Position numbers and translations under genes: made by a program. The notes under the pieces were generated by a model. It had not been told where the DNA came from and did not search any database. It worked only from the letters and a program-made list of their open reading frames with translations. A DNA stretch of 39,815 nt from Dimargaris cristalligena (taxonomy: Eukaryota): positions 1 to 39,815 of the forward strand of contig ML002346.1 of NCBI GenBank assembly GCA_003614675.1, written 5' to 3'. Below, piece after piece: positions 11,258-22,982 of this stretch; positions within the stretch are counted from its first letter, which is position 1, and every line of letters starts with the position of its first letter.

Positions 11258-13783
11258 ACCGATCAACCACTACCCGATCTCATTAATCTAGTTGGAATGA
11301 GTCGTTCCCCTCGTTGGATTCTCCGCCTCCGTTGGTGCTACGCGTCCCCGCATTTATGATCCATACTCTACCCCAATGTGCCCGCAGCTGGCCGCATATA
11401 TTTAACACCAGAACTAGAGGAGGTCAGTCATACTCCTACTTTACGACCATTCACACTATATGCATTTTATTCTAAAATAGCAAAGTCATCATTGCAGCCA
11501 GTGGTCATTTACCTGTGCGACATGAAGTCGCGCTTATATACACTGTATTATAACGTTTCGCTCGCAAACCTGCCTTGTCGAGTATAGGCCTATTACAAAT
11601 ATGCCCTACTATCAATGGCCCAACTGTGTTTCCCGGGCCGGTCGGTCCATGGGCAATTCTCCTTTTACTGCACCTCTACAATCTACTAATTCACGCGACC
11701 ACCAGGTCCATCCACCCACCCACCGTTAGCCACTATAGTTGTCTCGCGCATATATTGTAAGTTGATTTCCATGCCGCACTCCAGTTGTGATACTGGCCCA
11801 ACTGGTTTTATTTCAGTGCGAGGACCTTTGTATGCCACCCATGTATTAGCATACAGTTTTCTATGGGGGAGTGTGGATCTAGGTGTGACAAGAATGTCAT
11901 TTTTCCCCACTGCTAACAGTGGTTCAATATATGGTATACCAAACCCAATGCTCCCTATTATGGAATTTCTAAGGGTATCTTGGATATGGGTGGATCGATC
12001 CCCTTCTCTAATAACGTGTTTCAAATAAGCATGAACTATAGACAAGGGGAGCTTCAGGGCGCCTGGGGTCTAGATCCCTCCTCCTTTGTAGTACTCTCTC
12101 TCACCCACTCTCCGAAAAAATTCCCACCACCCATATCTTCCCCCCCCATACAATCCCTGGATTACGATCGCATACCCGCCCTAGTCCCGTTCAGCCAATC
12201 AGCAACGTCGGTGGGATCATTTTTCTTTGGTTTCGCCACTCCCATTCGTTCCGGCCCGTAGCTGGCTAAACCCTCTCTACTTACATCACACAACCCGCCC
12301 CGTATAGCACTGCTATTACTTACTACTACATTCTATGTGGTGGGTAGCCAGTGTTTTATTTGGCACGCTTGTACTTTTGCCCGCATGTTTCTCCCTCCTT
12401 CCCCTTCTCTTTTCTTCACCCCCCCACCTTCTGCGTTCCTTCCTTTTCTTTATCCCAAGACTATCGAGCGTGTGAGCAATACCCCGTAAATTACGGCCCA
12501 AATATCAAGCGATTACTCAACGCGCCGGCCTTCCCCCCCCCCCGCCCTCACCACGTTCAATACTCCCATTTTGCACCCCCCGGTGGGCCGCCCCATTCCT
12601 CACCTCTTGGTTTTAGAACCCATCCCTCCCTCCTGGAGCGCGTTTTCACCCTCTCTCCTCCCGCAATCTGCGACTTACTTGCCAGTATATCGTCGTACTT
12701 TCTAGCCGCTTTTTAAGCAAGGTAAGTAAGGGTGTTGCATGGTCTCTTGCCGAATAACTCGCCTGCCCATTTGCTATACTTTACCAATCGACCGGGCGGG
12801 CGGCTGCTAACCGCGAGTTGGAAACGATAGTACCAAGCCGCAACCGCCCTTCGTCCTTGGCGCAGCGCCAGGCCTGCCGAGCTCTCTTCCCCAGCGATTA
12901 TCTGAAACGAACGGGCTCCCTCTGGGCCGCCCAGGTGCCAACGTGTAGCCGCGTTTTTGGTTACCTTAGTTCATTTCTTAATTGAGGCTCTCTAAATTCA
13001 CCCCCCCCCCTATACCTACCTCTCTATTTTTCCCTATTCCGACTTGGTCCACCTCCTATACTTATCTGGCGCGTCATTCAGCCTGCTTTACGCCATCCTT
13101 ACCCGATTCGCCCCATTGCACTAGATTGGGCTCTTGGATTGACCCTACGGCCTTCCCTCCCTACTGATCGCTTGAACCCCCAAGTACCTACTCTTTTCTT
13201 ACCATCGTAAGACCCCTTAGTCGCGACTGAAAGCCATACCGTGCTGAACATTGGTAGCGTACCTGCTCATTCGTTCGCGACCAGTAGTGGTAAGTAGCTA
13301 CGCATTGCTTAGTTATTCAGAGCGGCTCTCATTGTCGTACCACGCTGTCTTCCCCTACCCATTCCCCTGACTTACCTTCAGACTGGGGTTCCCTCGGAAT
13401 GGCCACAGGGCTGGGTAGCATGCTGTTGACTCAGGACATGCGTCCTCCGCCATTTCTTAACCGAATCAGCTGTCTACTTTATATTAAGCGCCCTCAGCTG
13501 ATTCAAAGGCATGAGGGTCTGGCTTCGGTTTATTAGTCAAAAACTCTACTGAATTATCCAGGCACCCTGATACTCTAATTAAGTCAGTGTTATTAGCAAA
13601 GGCCGGTTGAGGCAGCCCCCTCCCGATTACTTCATGAATCAGACATGTCGCCACCTAAACCTGGTACCCGTAGATTGACAGGTTTTCTCTAACCCGAACC
13701 ACTTCGACGTTGCCCACTCTGTTTTTTACCCTCTCTAACTACTGTGATCCCAACCGTACTATAGACTCCATTATCCAGCTACA

Positions 13784-16569
13784 ATGCCCCTATCTGACTA
13801 TTCGCCCGGCACTGTATGCTGGGCCAAACTAAAGGGCTATCCCTGGTGGCCGGCCAGAGTTGAGGACCAGAAAGCTCTCACAACCGATGTACTCCGCGCT
13901 AAACCGAAAATGCCGGGCGTACACCCTGTGTTTTACTTTGGATCCCTGGATTAGTAAGTTGAACCCTTTCATTATAATGTATATAGTATCCCGCCAGTGC
14001 TGGCTGACCTTTACGAGCAAGTATAATTGATTAAGCCCAACCACCAACCTCCATCTCAGTAGAACATACATATTTCGCCTTGCACGGTGAAGGTATAGCG
14101 TGGGTGATCGCTTAGCATGTCCTCCACACACTAAAATTACTCAACGACAACTCTCTTCCTGGTATTATTATTTGTTTGGATCAATTTATCATCATACTCT
14201 CAGCGGCTGGGTTACCGATGATTGCCTAGACGACTTTCAGACTAATTACGAGAAATACACTGTCAAGCAAAAAAATCGACGCGACCAGCAGTTCCGACAG
14301 GCACTTGCCCAAGCTAACGACCCTGCGGTTCTAGAAAAGGAACTTCGTCGTATTCAGCGGGCAGCCGAGCAGTCCGAGGCCGATGACGAAGAAGCTGGTG
14401 GGAATAGTCAGCCCGAGGAAGAAGAGGCGGAGGCGAAACCGAAAAAGGGCAAAGCTAGCGGCAATGGTCGCTTTAACGCTGGTACTGATAAGGAGACGGG
14501 GGTTCAGCCTGATCTCCCTACTCCCAACAGCGCCCGGCGTCGGCGCGATCGCATCACAAAGAAAGACGACGCGGATGCTACCAAATCCCCCATAGCGACT
14601 TCACGTCGCTCGGCCTCGAAACCTGAATCCACCCGGAGTGATCGTAGTCGCCGCTCTTCTCGGCGAGATGATCGCAATGCCAGCGACGAGGATGAAGACG
14701 AGTTTCCTCCGATGCCCGTACCTAAGCGCCGTGCTGCTGCTACTCCTACTTCACGTAAGCGCAAAAGTAATGGACTGGCGGCTGATGAACAGGAAGATGC
14801 CGACGACAACCCCGTTTCGCTTGATCAAGATACTTTAGTATCGCCAACCAAGGGCCGGGCCCGTAAGCGACCGGATAATTCCCGGACCGACTCACCCAAG
14901 GCATCCACTATGAAGGTTGAATCAGAGACGGAGTCTGCGGAACACGAAGCCGCACCAGCTAATATTGAGCCAGAGGAGCAAGTACCATCAGGTGAAGATG
15001 CAGCTCCCGCGAAATCACCTATTTCGGCCAAGGAGGGCTCCGACTCATCGTCCGAAGAAAGTCACCCTGATTTCGAGCCGTCGTCCAACCCAAACATCCA
15101 GGAGCTTAGAGCAAGGCTTCGGGGACACCCACTCAAGGAATGTCTGATGTACTACCGTAGTAGACTCCAGAGAGCTCTCTTACGGGATGACCAACTAAAC
15201 GTAAGATAATTTTCTTTAAAGAATTCTGGCTCGTATAGGTGAAAAAATATAAGGGTATTTTTTACTGTTTCCTATTAAGGGTCTTTGGATAAGGATGCCA
15301 CGCTCGTTGGTTTGGCAATGATGAGCGTACCCCACTTCGAACATACCCAGACTTACATCAAACGGCTGTAATCTAACTATTGGATGGACGTTGACTATGT
15401 TTACATGTTTGACTCGTTTATCCCTTACTATGTGCACCAGCCGAAAGATCTACCCATGCTTGATGCGATTTTCTCCGAAATTGAGCGCCAAACTCTTAGC
15501 TACAAGCTTCTAACGGTAAGTATGGGAACCTTGGTTTTTATAAAACTGGTTGGGTACTTTGGCTAATTCCAGGCTAATTCAATGACTCGCCAGAGTACCT
15601 TGGGCATATAAATGCTATAAAGCGATGTTTGGAACGCATTGACGGTTGGTTTTGGCTTGGATTTAGTGATAGTAATCGGTATATTAGTTTAGCTGATTAC
15701 TGAATCTATGAAACCTACTGATTTCTGATTTCTGTTATCTTGATCTTAATCGTACTCGGCTGTGTTTCTCATACTTGACACATGTGCTGACTTAACTTGA
15801 CCATTAGGAAACTAAAATGCACAAGGTGATGCGGCGAATTACCCCCTTGGAACATATTTCCGATAATCCGTACCGGCTCTGTGAGCGATCCCATGCACTT
15901 CTCCAAAAATGGAGACAGGCGCTATCTCGCCCATCCCACCACCCCGATGGGCCAACCGATGCGGCCGCCCATTCCGCCCTGAAATCGCCCTTCCCCAGCC
16001 CTGGCCTACCTCATTTTGATAGTACCAATGAGCATCATCCTGACTCGGTGGCCTCTTCCCCATCCGCGCTGGCATCCCAAAAAGACGCGACGAAACCAGA
16101 TGGTCTCACCACTTCCTCCCCAACCGAGCCTAACGATTCGGCCACGGCAACCGATATCCCTTCGCTATCGGAACTCAAAGTGGCCGACTCCGTTAAAACC
16201 GGAACCGAGTCGAAGCAGTCTGGGGAACCTATGCAATCATCCATTTCCACCGAGTCCACCGAAAATGGCCACAATGGAGCTAATGTGCATACCCCAACGG
16301 ACCACCCTGCTGATCCTCAGAACCCGGCTGCTGTCTCCTCGGTAAAGAGATCATCATCACCTGCTTTATCATCTCCAAATACGCCCCCCACATCCTCGAC
16401 AACCCACCCAGCGATGAAAGATCCAGGTCAGCAACTACCGCCTGATTCTGATAAAACGCTTAAAGGCGAGTTGGATGAACCGTCCCCTATGGATACGGAC
16501 CCCAGCCCGGCAGCTGCTGAATCTGTTTTATCTGTGGAGGCCAAAACGGTAACCACCGTAGAGCCATAA
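13784..16569 (+). CDS. PWWP-domain chromatin reader with C-terminal TFIIS-N/LEDGF-IBD-like helical domain; 4 coding exons (13784-13953, 14204-15200, 15441-15515, 15808-16569), ~667 aa
   Basis: Exon 1, absent from the ORF track, encodes GTVCWAKLKGYPWWPARV...VFYFGSLDY|GWV. The later segment LLT|ETKMHKVMRRI...CERSHALLQKW is TFIIS-N-like. GTAAGT/GTAAGA donors and YAG acceptors are all frame-consistent. Confidence 0.88.
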
Positions 16570-18270
16570 TCGAGCGTGGGGCTGTGGGAGAGTAGATTGT
16601 CCTCGTGTTAGGCATGGGCGTCTGGTAAGGCATGGTATTTTGGTTAAGTAGTACCGTACAGTATAATTCCAGATGCGGCCTTTTTCTCCGTCGAGTCTTT
16701 ATTTCACTGGGAGCCTTTAATACCAAGCCTAGTCTGGAGAAGTTAGGATGCCGCAATTACCGCTAGTATTGTGTGGTGTCAGACTAACTCCAATAGCGGA
16801 TAGTGATAATTTTTAATAATTAATTCTACTTGGGATGTCAAATAGCATCGACTTGCAACATTGTTTTGATTCAGAAATCCTAGCTTGTATGTCTACAATG
16901 GTACTATCCCAGTGCCATACAAAATTGGTTTATCTTCATTCATTTTGAGGTGCATGTCATTTAGCGTAATTATCGCTTCCCTGATCGGCGATTACCGTCT
17001 TGTGCTATTCCTACATTTAGGGCTAATTATTACCGGCAGTAGTGTATTTATTGAGCCATCTTATCTCCCTTATTGTTTTTTATAGTATCTGTTACTGTAG
17101 GGAGGAGCTACTTAACCTTACTTTATTTTTCATTTTCCGTATTCCCACTGAATCTCTTACCCCCATTAGCGCTTTATTACCCCCCCTCCCCCTCCCCCTC
17201 CTTCCAATACCATCACCACCATCCACTCTTTTCTTCACTTACTTTTTAAGGTTTCGTTATTCCTATTCGGTCTGATTTAGTAATATCTTCGAAGCCGGAA
17301 ATGTGAAATATATAAATACTGTCAAATTCCAGTATCGGTTATAACCAAACCTATGGTTTCAGTGGGGTGCTAAGGCTAGTTAATCCTAATGCGACTTAGT
17401 TTCGACCTAATCCGATTCCAAGATTTCCGTGTACCAAAAAGGACCTAGAGTAGTAGTCACCTGTTTTTAGGTTCGGCAGGAAATCATCCACCCAACACAT
17501 AGTATATTCTGTGGCTTACAGTGCCCATGATAATGGCCATATATTGAACATTCTTGCCCCAGAGTATGTGAGAACTGCATTAGATTGTGGGTGTGATGAT
17601 TTTCTCATGATGCCTTTGTGTTTCGCCACAAAAACATACCGCACACGGCTTACTTACTTACTTGACACTTTACTAGACAGTATTTTTATATTTACCTGGC
17701 TATTTTCACTCATTTATCTAGGAATAAAGAGTCGATCATGCTCCTTTATTACACCATTGGCCTCTCCACCCCCCCCACCAACAGCATTTTACCCAAATTC
17801 CTGCTTCAGGTTCAGTTCAAAGCCACGTGATATCTTCTATTTTGAATATCTGGCTGGATTGCGGCTACCCTGGAATGAAGGATTAGTGAAATACACTGAT
17901 TGAAATAAGAGCAGAAACTGCAAAAGTCAGACAGGCAGGTTGGAAATATACAATGTGCGTTTAATAGTATAGCTGTTTACTTTTGCAATTCAGTGCATAT
18001 AGACACGGCCTCTGGTGTGCTAAAGGACCATGTCGAAATGACTATACATGGACATACAACCTCGTTCCTTCAGTCTCTTTATTTTCTTTCAAGAGGTCGC
18101 TTCATTTCCATTAAAACTCCAAGGGCCATTTCCTTTCACCCACCGCACTAGCGAAGCTATTAGTGGTGGAATCCAACTTCACCTTTAAATTCTATATTTT
18201 TCCAGAAGGCCTACCCCTTCCTCTGTCCTAGCACGTCAGACCTTTTATCCATAGCTCTTATTACTAAATT

Positions 18271-18318
<48 letters not shown>
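18271..18318. repeat. Compound microsatellite (CA)11(TA)13
   Basis: Read directly from the sequence. Confidence 0.95.
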
Positions 18319-18322
<4 letters not shown>

Positions 18323-18330
18323 TCAGCTCC

Positions 18331-20262
18331 ATGACTAACTATGTTCAAACTCCCATAACGAGCATGTGCTTCCGGCCCTTTAGGCGCCAAAGTTCCCAAA
18401 GTGTCACCTCCGCCGCTTCGAGCATTCGCTCACCCCTAGCCACGGCACCACCGGCCGTGTTACCGGCACAGCGGACACCGCGTCCATCCAAATTGCCTAG
18501 ACTAGCTCAGTCCCCATCGTCGTCGTCGTCCCCCTGGGTCGCGGACGTGCCACCTTCGTTGCCACCGCTGCTGGTTGATACGACGACTTCCACTCCACCC
18601 AATAGTACGGGCCTTGCGGAGCGGACTATCTCGGTGTCGTCCCCGAACTTCCCCTGGCCAGCCTCGGCCGGTTCGCCGCGCCCGACGGCGAGGACACCCT
18701 TACCATTGGTCGCAGTAGTCATCGACGTTGCTGAACAGGAAAAGTTATTGGCCGAATTAAAAACGGGCCCTTTCGCCGCCGCCACGACCGCGACTACGGC
18801 CACCACCACCACACCTACTACTTCTGCTGCCACCACTTCCACTGATATGGCTACTGCAACGCTATCGACGAGCGATCAACTAGAGACTGGTGCGGAGCCC
18901 TCCCCACCAGACTCCAATAAGGACGATGCAATGCTTTCTCCTGCGGCGGAAGATACCTCCCCCCAGTCCCAGGCCACCACCCATTCACAGTTTATCAATC
19001 CATTCTATACATCCCCATCTATTTCGGCGACTCCGGTGGCTGGCAGCCCTCTCCAAGCGGAATGGGAGGCGACCCCAACACCAAAATCACCCACTATGGC
19101 GATTACGATTTCCACCGATATCGAAATTACTGAATCTCCGCTAGGCCCGTCGACTCAGGCTGATCAGCTTGATTCAACGGTAAATACTACCGTATCACCG
19201 CCCTCACCTACTCGGAAGCGAAAAACCCCAATGATGCCAGAACTTTTAGTTAAAACCACCCTTTTCCATACCTCGCGGGAAAAATTTAAACGCGCGGCGC
19301 TTATGGGCGATTTCGACCTTCGGAGTACATACGGAGTCTCTGGTGATAATGAACCCGATACTAACCCGGCCAGTAACAGCGATGACAATGAATTGGGCTA
19401 TCTTAAGGAGTGCGATGATGTTCGGATAGACCCCTCGATTAATCTGGCCTACTCCGACTATTTCGAAGACCTTCCCGTGACTGAAATTCATGCCCAATAC
19501 GCCGCCGCTCCCCAAGACCTCTTTCTACGTAAGTTGCGCGGCTTGGTTCTGGGCATCAACTTTTACCTGCCCGATGCCCTAGCTATTCTCCATAACGCAT
19601 CGGGTGACTGGGAACAAGCCCGGTGGGTTATAAGCAAAGGCCCCGCCGCCGGTGGCCCGACCTATTCCGTTTGGTCCCCCGACGAGGACCATGTGCTACT
19701 GGCGGGTACCGATGAAGCGACTATCCAAGCCCTCATGCGACGTAAAGGCTCGGTGGCTATTCGGAAACGGCTGCGCTACTTGCAGTCCTACTATCAGTTG
19801 GAACTAGGCCCATCTGAAAGTACCGGGGTCCCAATGATCGACCATATTCCGCCAGCGGAATCGTCGTCCCCGAACGAATCGGCCTTGGTCCCGCCGACGA
19901 CTTTCTCAACCCCCTTATTGTTGAGATCCTTGTCTTGGTCACACCCAGCTCCTGCATCTGACCATATTCCACCGAGTGCTAAAACGATAGCTTCCCTAAC
20001 TAGAGCCCACTCGGCCGACCTGGCCGCTTTTAACTCAACTTCCTCCACTCAGCGAGTGGCTATTATTTCCCCGCCCGCTTCTTTGCTTCTCCCGTCACCT
20101 CCACCTTCTGTGGCCCCCCCACCACCCCCCCCTTCCTCGAAACCGGTACCAACTAGATCCGATGCACAGTACTTGTCGCCTGGTGTGGCTGAAGCCGTGG
20201 TCCAACTTGAGTTCGATCCCTTTGTATTGGCGGCCCAACGGTTTCTCCCTAAAAGGCCCTAA
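18331..20262 (+). CDS. S/T/P-rich protein containing a Rap1 C-terminal (RCT, TERF2IP-like) domain; true 5' end uncertain
   Basis: 643-aa ORF. The segment LPDALAILHNASGDWEQARWVI...VWSPDEDHVLL...IQALMRRKGSVAIRKRLRYL fits the Rap1-C pattern (SGD...W-x3-D-x2-L...L-x3-G-x5-R-x2-F/Y-L). GACTAAC (18333) plus TTAG (18383) suggests an upstream exon exists. Confidence 0.72.
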   Translation: MTNYVQTPITSMCFRPFRRQSSQSVTSAASSIRSPLATAPPAVLPAQRTPRPSKLPRLAQSPSSSSSPWVADVPPSLPPLLVDTTTSTPPNSTGLAERTISVSSPNFPWPASAGSPRPTARTPLPLVAVVIDVAEQEKLLAELKTGPFAAATTATTATTTTPTTSAATTSTDMATATLSTSDQLETGAEPSPPDSNKDDAMLSPAAEDTSPQSQATTHSQFINPFYTSPSISATPVAGSPLQAEWEATPTPKSPTMAITISTDIEITESPLGPSTQADQLDSTVNTTVSPPSPTRKRKTPMMPELLVKTTLFHTSREKFKRAALMGDFDLRSTYGVSGDNEPDTNPASNSDDNELGYLKECDDVRIDPSINLAYSDYFEDLPVTEIHAQYAAAPQDLFLRKLRGLVLGINFYLPDALAILHNASGDWEQARWVISKGPAAGGPTYSVWSPDEDHVLLAGTDEATIQALMRRKGSVAIRKRLRYLQSYYQLELGPSESTGVPMIDHIPPAESSSPNESALVPPTTFSTPLLLRSLSWSHPAPASDHIPPSAKTIASLTRAHSADLAAFNSTSSTQRVAIISPPASLLLPSPPPSVAPPPPPPSSKPVPTRSDAQYLSPGVAEAVVQLEFDPFVLAAQRFLPKRP

Positions 20263-20850
20263 TTGTCGAGTACTCAAATTAAACCTACCATTCAATACTC
20301 GCATAAAAACTCGGTCAATCCACGGAATTTAGTGCTTCGTTTATTTTCTGGCGAATTACATCTCCTGTTTATCCATTCTATCGACAATGTTATATTTTCA
20401 CTGATATCCGTTAGCGGCTTACACATATGAATGATCAGTTTTGGCATTATCAATGAGTAAATCGACGAGTTTTAGTAGCACCGTGTATTAGAGGCAAAAT
20501 TGGGTATAGTTTTAGGTGAAAGTGTTGATCAGAGGGTATTCACAAGAATTAATGTAAGGAATTATTGACTAGAGCTACTAGGTTGAATAATATCCCCATT
20601 CTTTACAATAGGTTATCAGGACAAAAATTATACCTCTTGAATGAGCTTTGCCTTTTTAACAGCGCTTTTTTTATTTCTTCATTCGCCAATTTGATCTTAT
20701 GCATTTGCCTTAAATTCACTTTCGCTTAAGTACCTCATTCAGTTTAATAGAACCCTATTGCGAGCCGCCGACTGAATCCACTTTTCCATTGCCATTGGCC
20801 ATTTCCGGGTTACTATACCCTTCTTGTTCTCATTTCCATAAAACACCGCC

Positions 20851-21815
20851 ATGTCCCTCCTCTCCGTTAAATTCTCTTTCCCAGCTTTCCGGCTTACTAA
20901 ATTGAGCAATGGGGCCACATTGCTCGACTACTTTTCGCAATTCGGCCGAGTAGTCCAGTTTAACCTCCACCGTGTAAGTTAATCCTGAAGAACGAATAGC
21001 CGATTCTATGAATATATATGGTGGAACTCCCAGTGCAATATTCTGGTTGGGTCTGTGCCGACCTCGATTTGCCAAGACGTTTTTCCTGGACCAGGGGACT
21101 TGTCCCGGCGGGGCCTCTTCCCTAGCCCACCGTGTGCATGTTCTTTAGATTCGGTCTAGCGACCGAAGCGCTGTAGTATGGGCACCTTTGTATGCTGGAG
21201 CATGGGCTGACTTGGCTATTCAACTATTACGTGCAGCCTACTCACAAGCGACACTAAATCCAGAACTAACCATACTCCCTCCTCTCCCTACCCTTTGCCT
21301 CCTATAGGATATTCTTACCAAAAATTATAATGGATACGGACGGGTGGTATATAGCGATGGTAATGCCGCCCGAGTAGTCCTGGATCAGACGGAACACGTC
21401 GTTCCCCAATTAAAGGTTGTCGTCCAAGTCGAGGAAGACTTTCATGATTTTGAACGACGTAAGTAATTTAAAACAACATCACCTTAGAATGAAGACTCGC
21501 GCTGAAAGCCGTGTTTGTTCAGGGGCGACACCACTTCACCCCTTAAGCTGCTTCATTGCCAAAGTGTATTACTCAAATAATTTGAGGGTTAGAAGTGATA
21601 CACCTAAGTACCCTCCTTTTCCCAAACACTCGTTGATTAATCTATGGAATGCTTCATACTATTACCAATACTAATATTGATTAACAACTTGATTTTGGTA
21701 TGGTATTAACACCCCTACAGCGGACCGGTATACCAATAATCTGGGATTTTCGGGATTTTATTCGACCAACAAAACCAAACCGAGCCCTTCGACACCTGCT
21801 AAGCCAGAAGCCTGA
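20851..21815 (+). CDS. Small single-RRM protein, 3 exons (20851-20973, 21308-21458, 21721-21815), 122 aa; not in ORF track
   Basis: ACCGCC-ATG start, GTAAGT donors (20974, 21459), TAG (21307) and CAG (21720) acceptors. Product ...LLDYFSQFGRVVQFNLHR|DILTKNYNGYGRVVYSDGNAARVVLDQTEHVV... follows RRM helix1/beta2/RNP1/helix2 spacing. Confidence 0.78.
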
Positions 21816-22982
21816 TATTCATATCACCGCCTTCTAACCAGCTCTATAAGATCCGTGCTAACAAAAACAACACCTTCCAGTACTTATCAAACCTGGTGAC
21901 GTGTGCGATGATTCGGTTTGGCGGACATCTCCTCGGGCATATTGCTTGAACTGTTAGCGCTTATTTAGAGAGATGTCCTTCTGAAAATACACCAATCCAT
22001 CTATCTTATCAAAATCCAAGCGCCTGCCCTGCCCTGTATACGTGTAGCTAATTGTTCGCGGATTCTTTATTGAGAACTGGATTGGCATCTAAAATCACTT
22101 GTGCTTATCATTGGGACCGCACAAGGCCAGCCGATTTTTGTATTATTTAGGTTGCTATAGAAATAAATATAAATACAGCGACACCACCTCAATTGCATGG
22201 CATCGCCAGAACTGGTATTTGGGGTGCTTAGAGTACAGCGTAGTAAACCCTGTACCAAACCTAAAAGGGACAAATCAGTTTTTGGAAGAAATGTCATGGA
22301 ATACCGCCACATATCCCACATCATTGGGGGCAGCAGCCCTCTCAACTCGCTTAGAGGGGAAGAAAGCAGTTCTGCCCAGATGAACAGCGAACAATACGAT
22401 ACCCGTCTTTTTTCACCTTCACACTTCATTTGGGATTTTTAGGACTGAACATTAAGGATAGTATAAGTATAAGAATTAGCCAGCGATGCCTCAATAATTG
22501 CTCCCCATCTAAGCCCCATCATTTATAGGTGCTAAAGAATGCCACAGAGTGCCTCAATTTAGACGATTTTGCTTGGTTTTATTCGGCATTGACCATGGCT
22601 GTGCTCAAGAGGAACAACCCTTTGTGCTTCCCCCCTTTGCTGAGGGTGAAATTTCCAGTCTCAGATAAACCAAGAGTGTTTAAGGGCAGCCCGGATGTAC
22701 CTTACGTTCCAAAACCTTCAACCGCGACTAGTTCAGCGCGAGGTTCTTTACATGCACTGTGCACGCTTCGCTCGTTACAAGGGGTTTCAGGAAATCGCTT
22801 TTGGCTGACTTCGTTTACGTTTGGTGACCCCTGTTTTTGTATTATTCTCCCAATGACTTATCCCGCGCGTTATTAGCTTCCTTAAAAATAATTTACAATT
22901 TGTAGTGCGTTGTTTCATCCATTTCTAACTGACTCTGATCTTGCTCTTAGCCGTAGCCTCCATCCGGTTCCATCTGGCAACC

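Noticed and set aside
15318-15440. Box C-like ATGATGA in a PWWP-gene intron (possible snoRNA)
   Set aside because: No downstream box D (CTGA) or terminal stem within the intron.
17180-17205. C-tract array (potential G-quadruplex on the minus strand)
   Set aside because: Similar pyrimidine/C tracts precede several genes here and look like generic promoter/5'UTR composition.
22067-22876. Overlapping 80-120 aa ORFs between the RRM gene and RSE1
   Set aside because: No domain resemblance, coherent splice pattern or codon bias.
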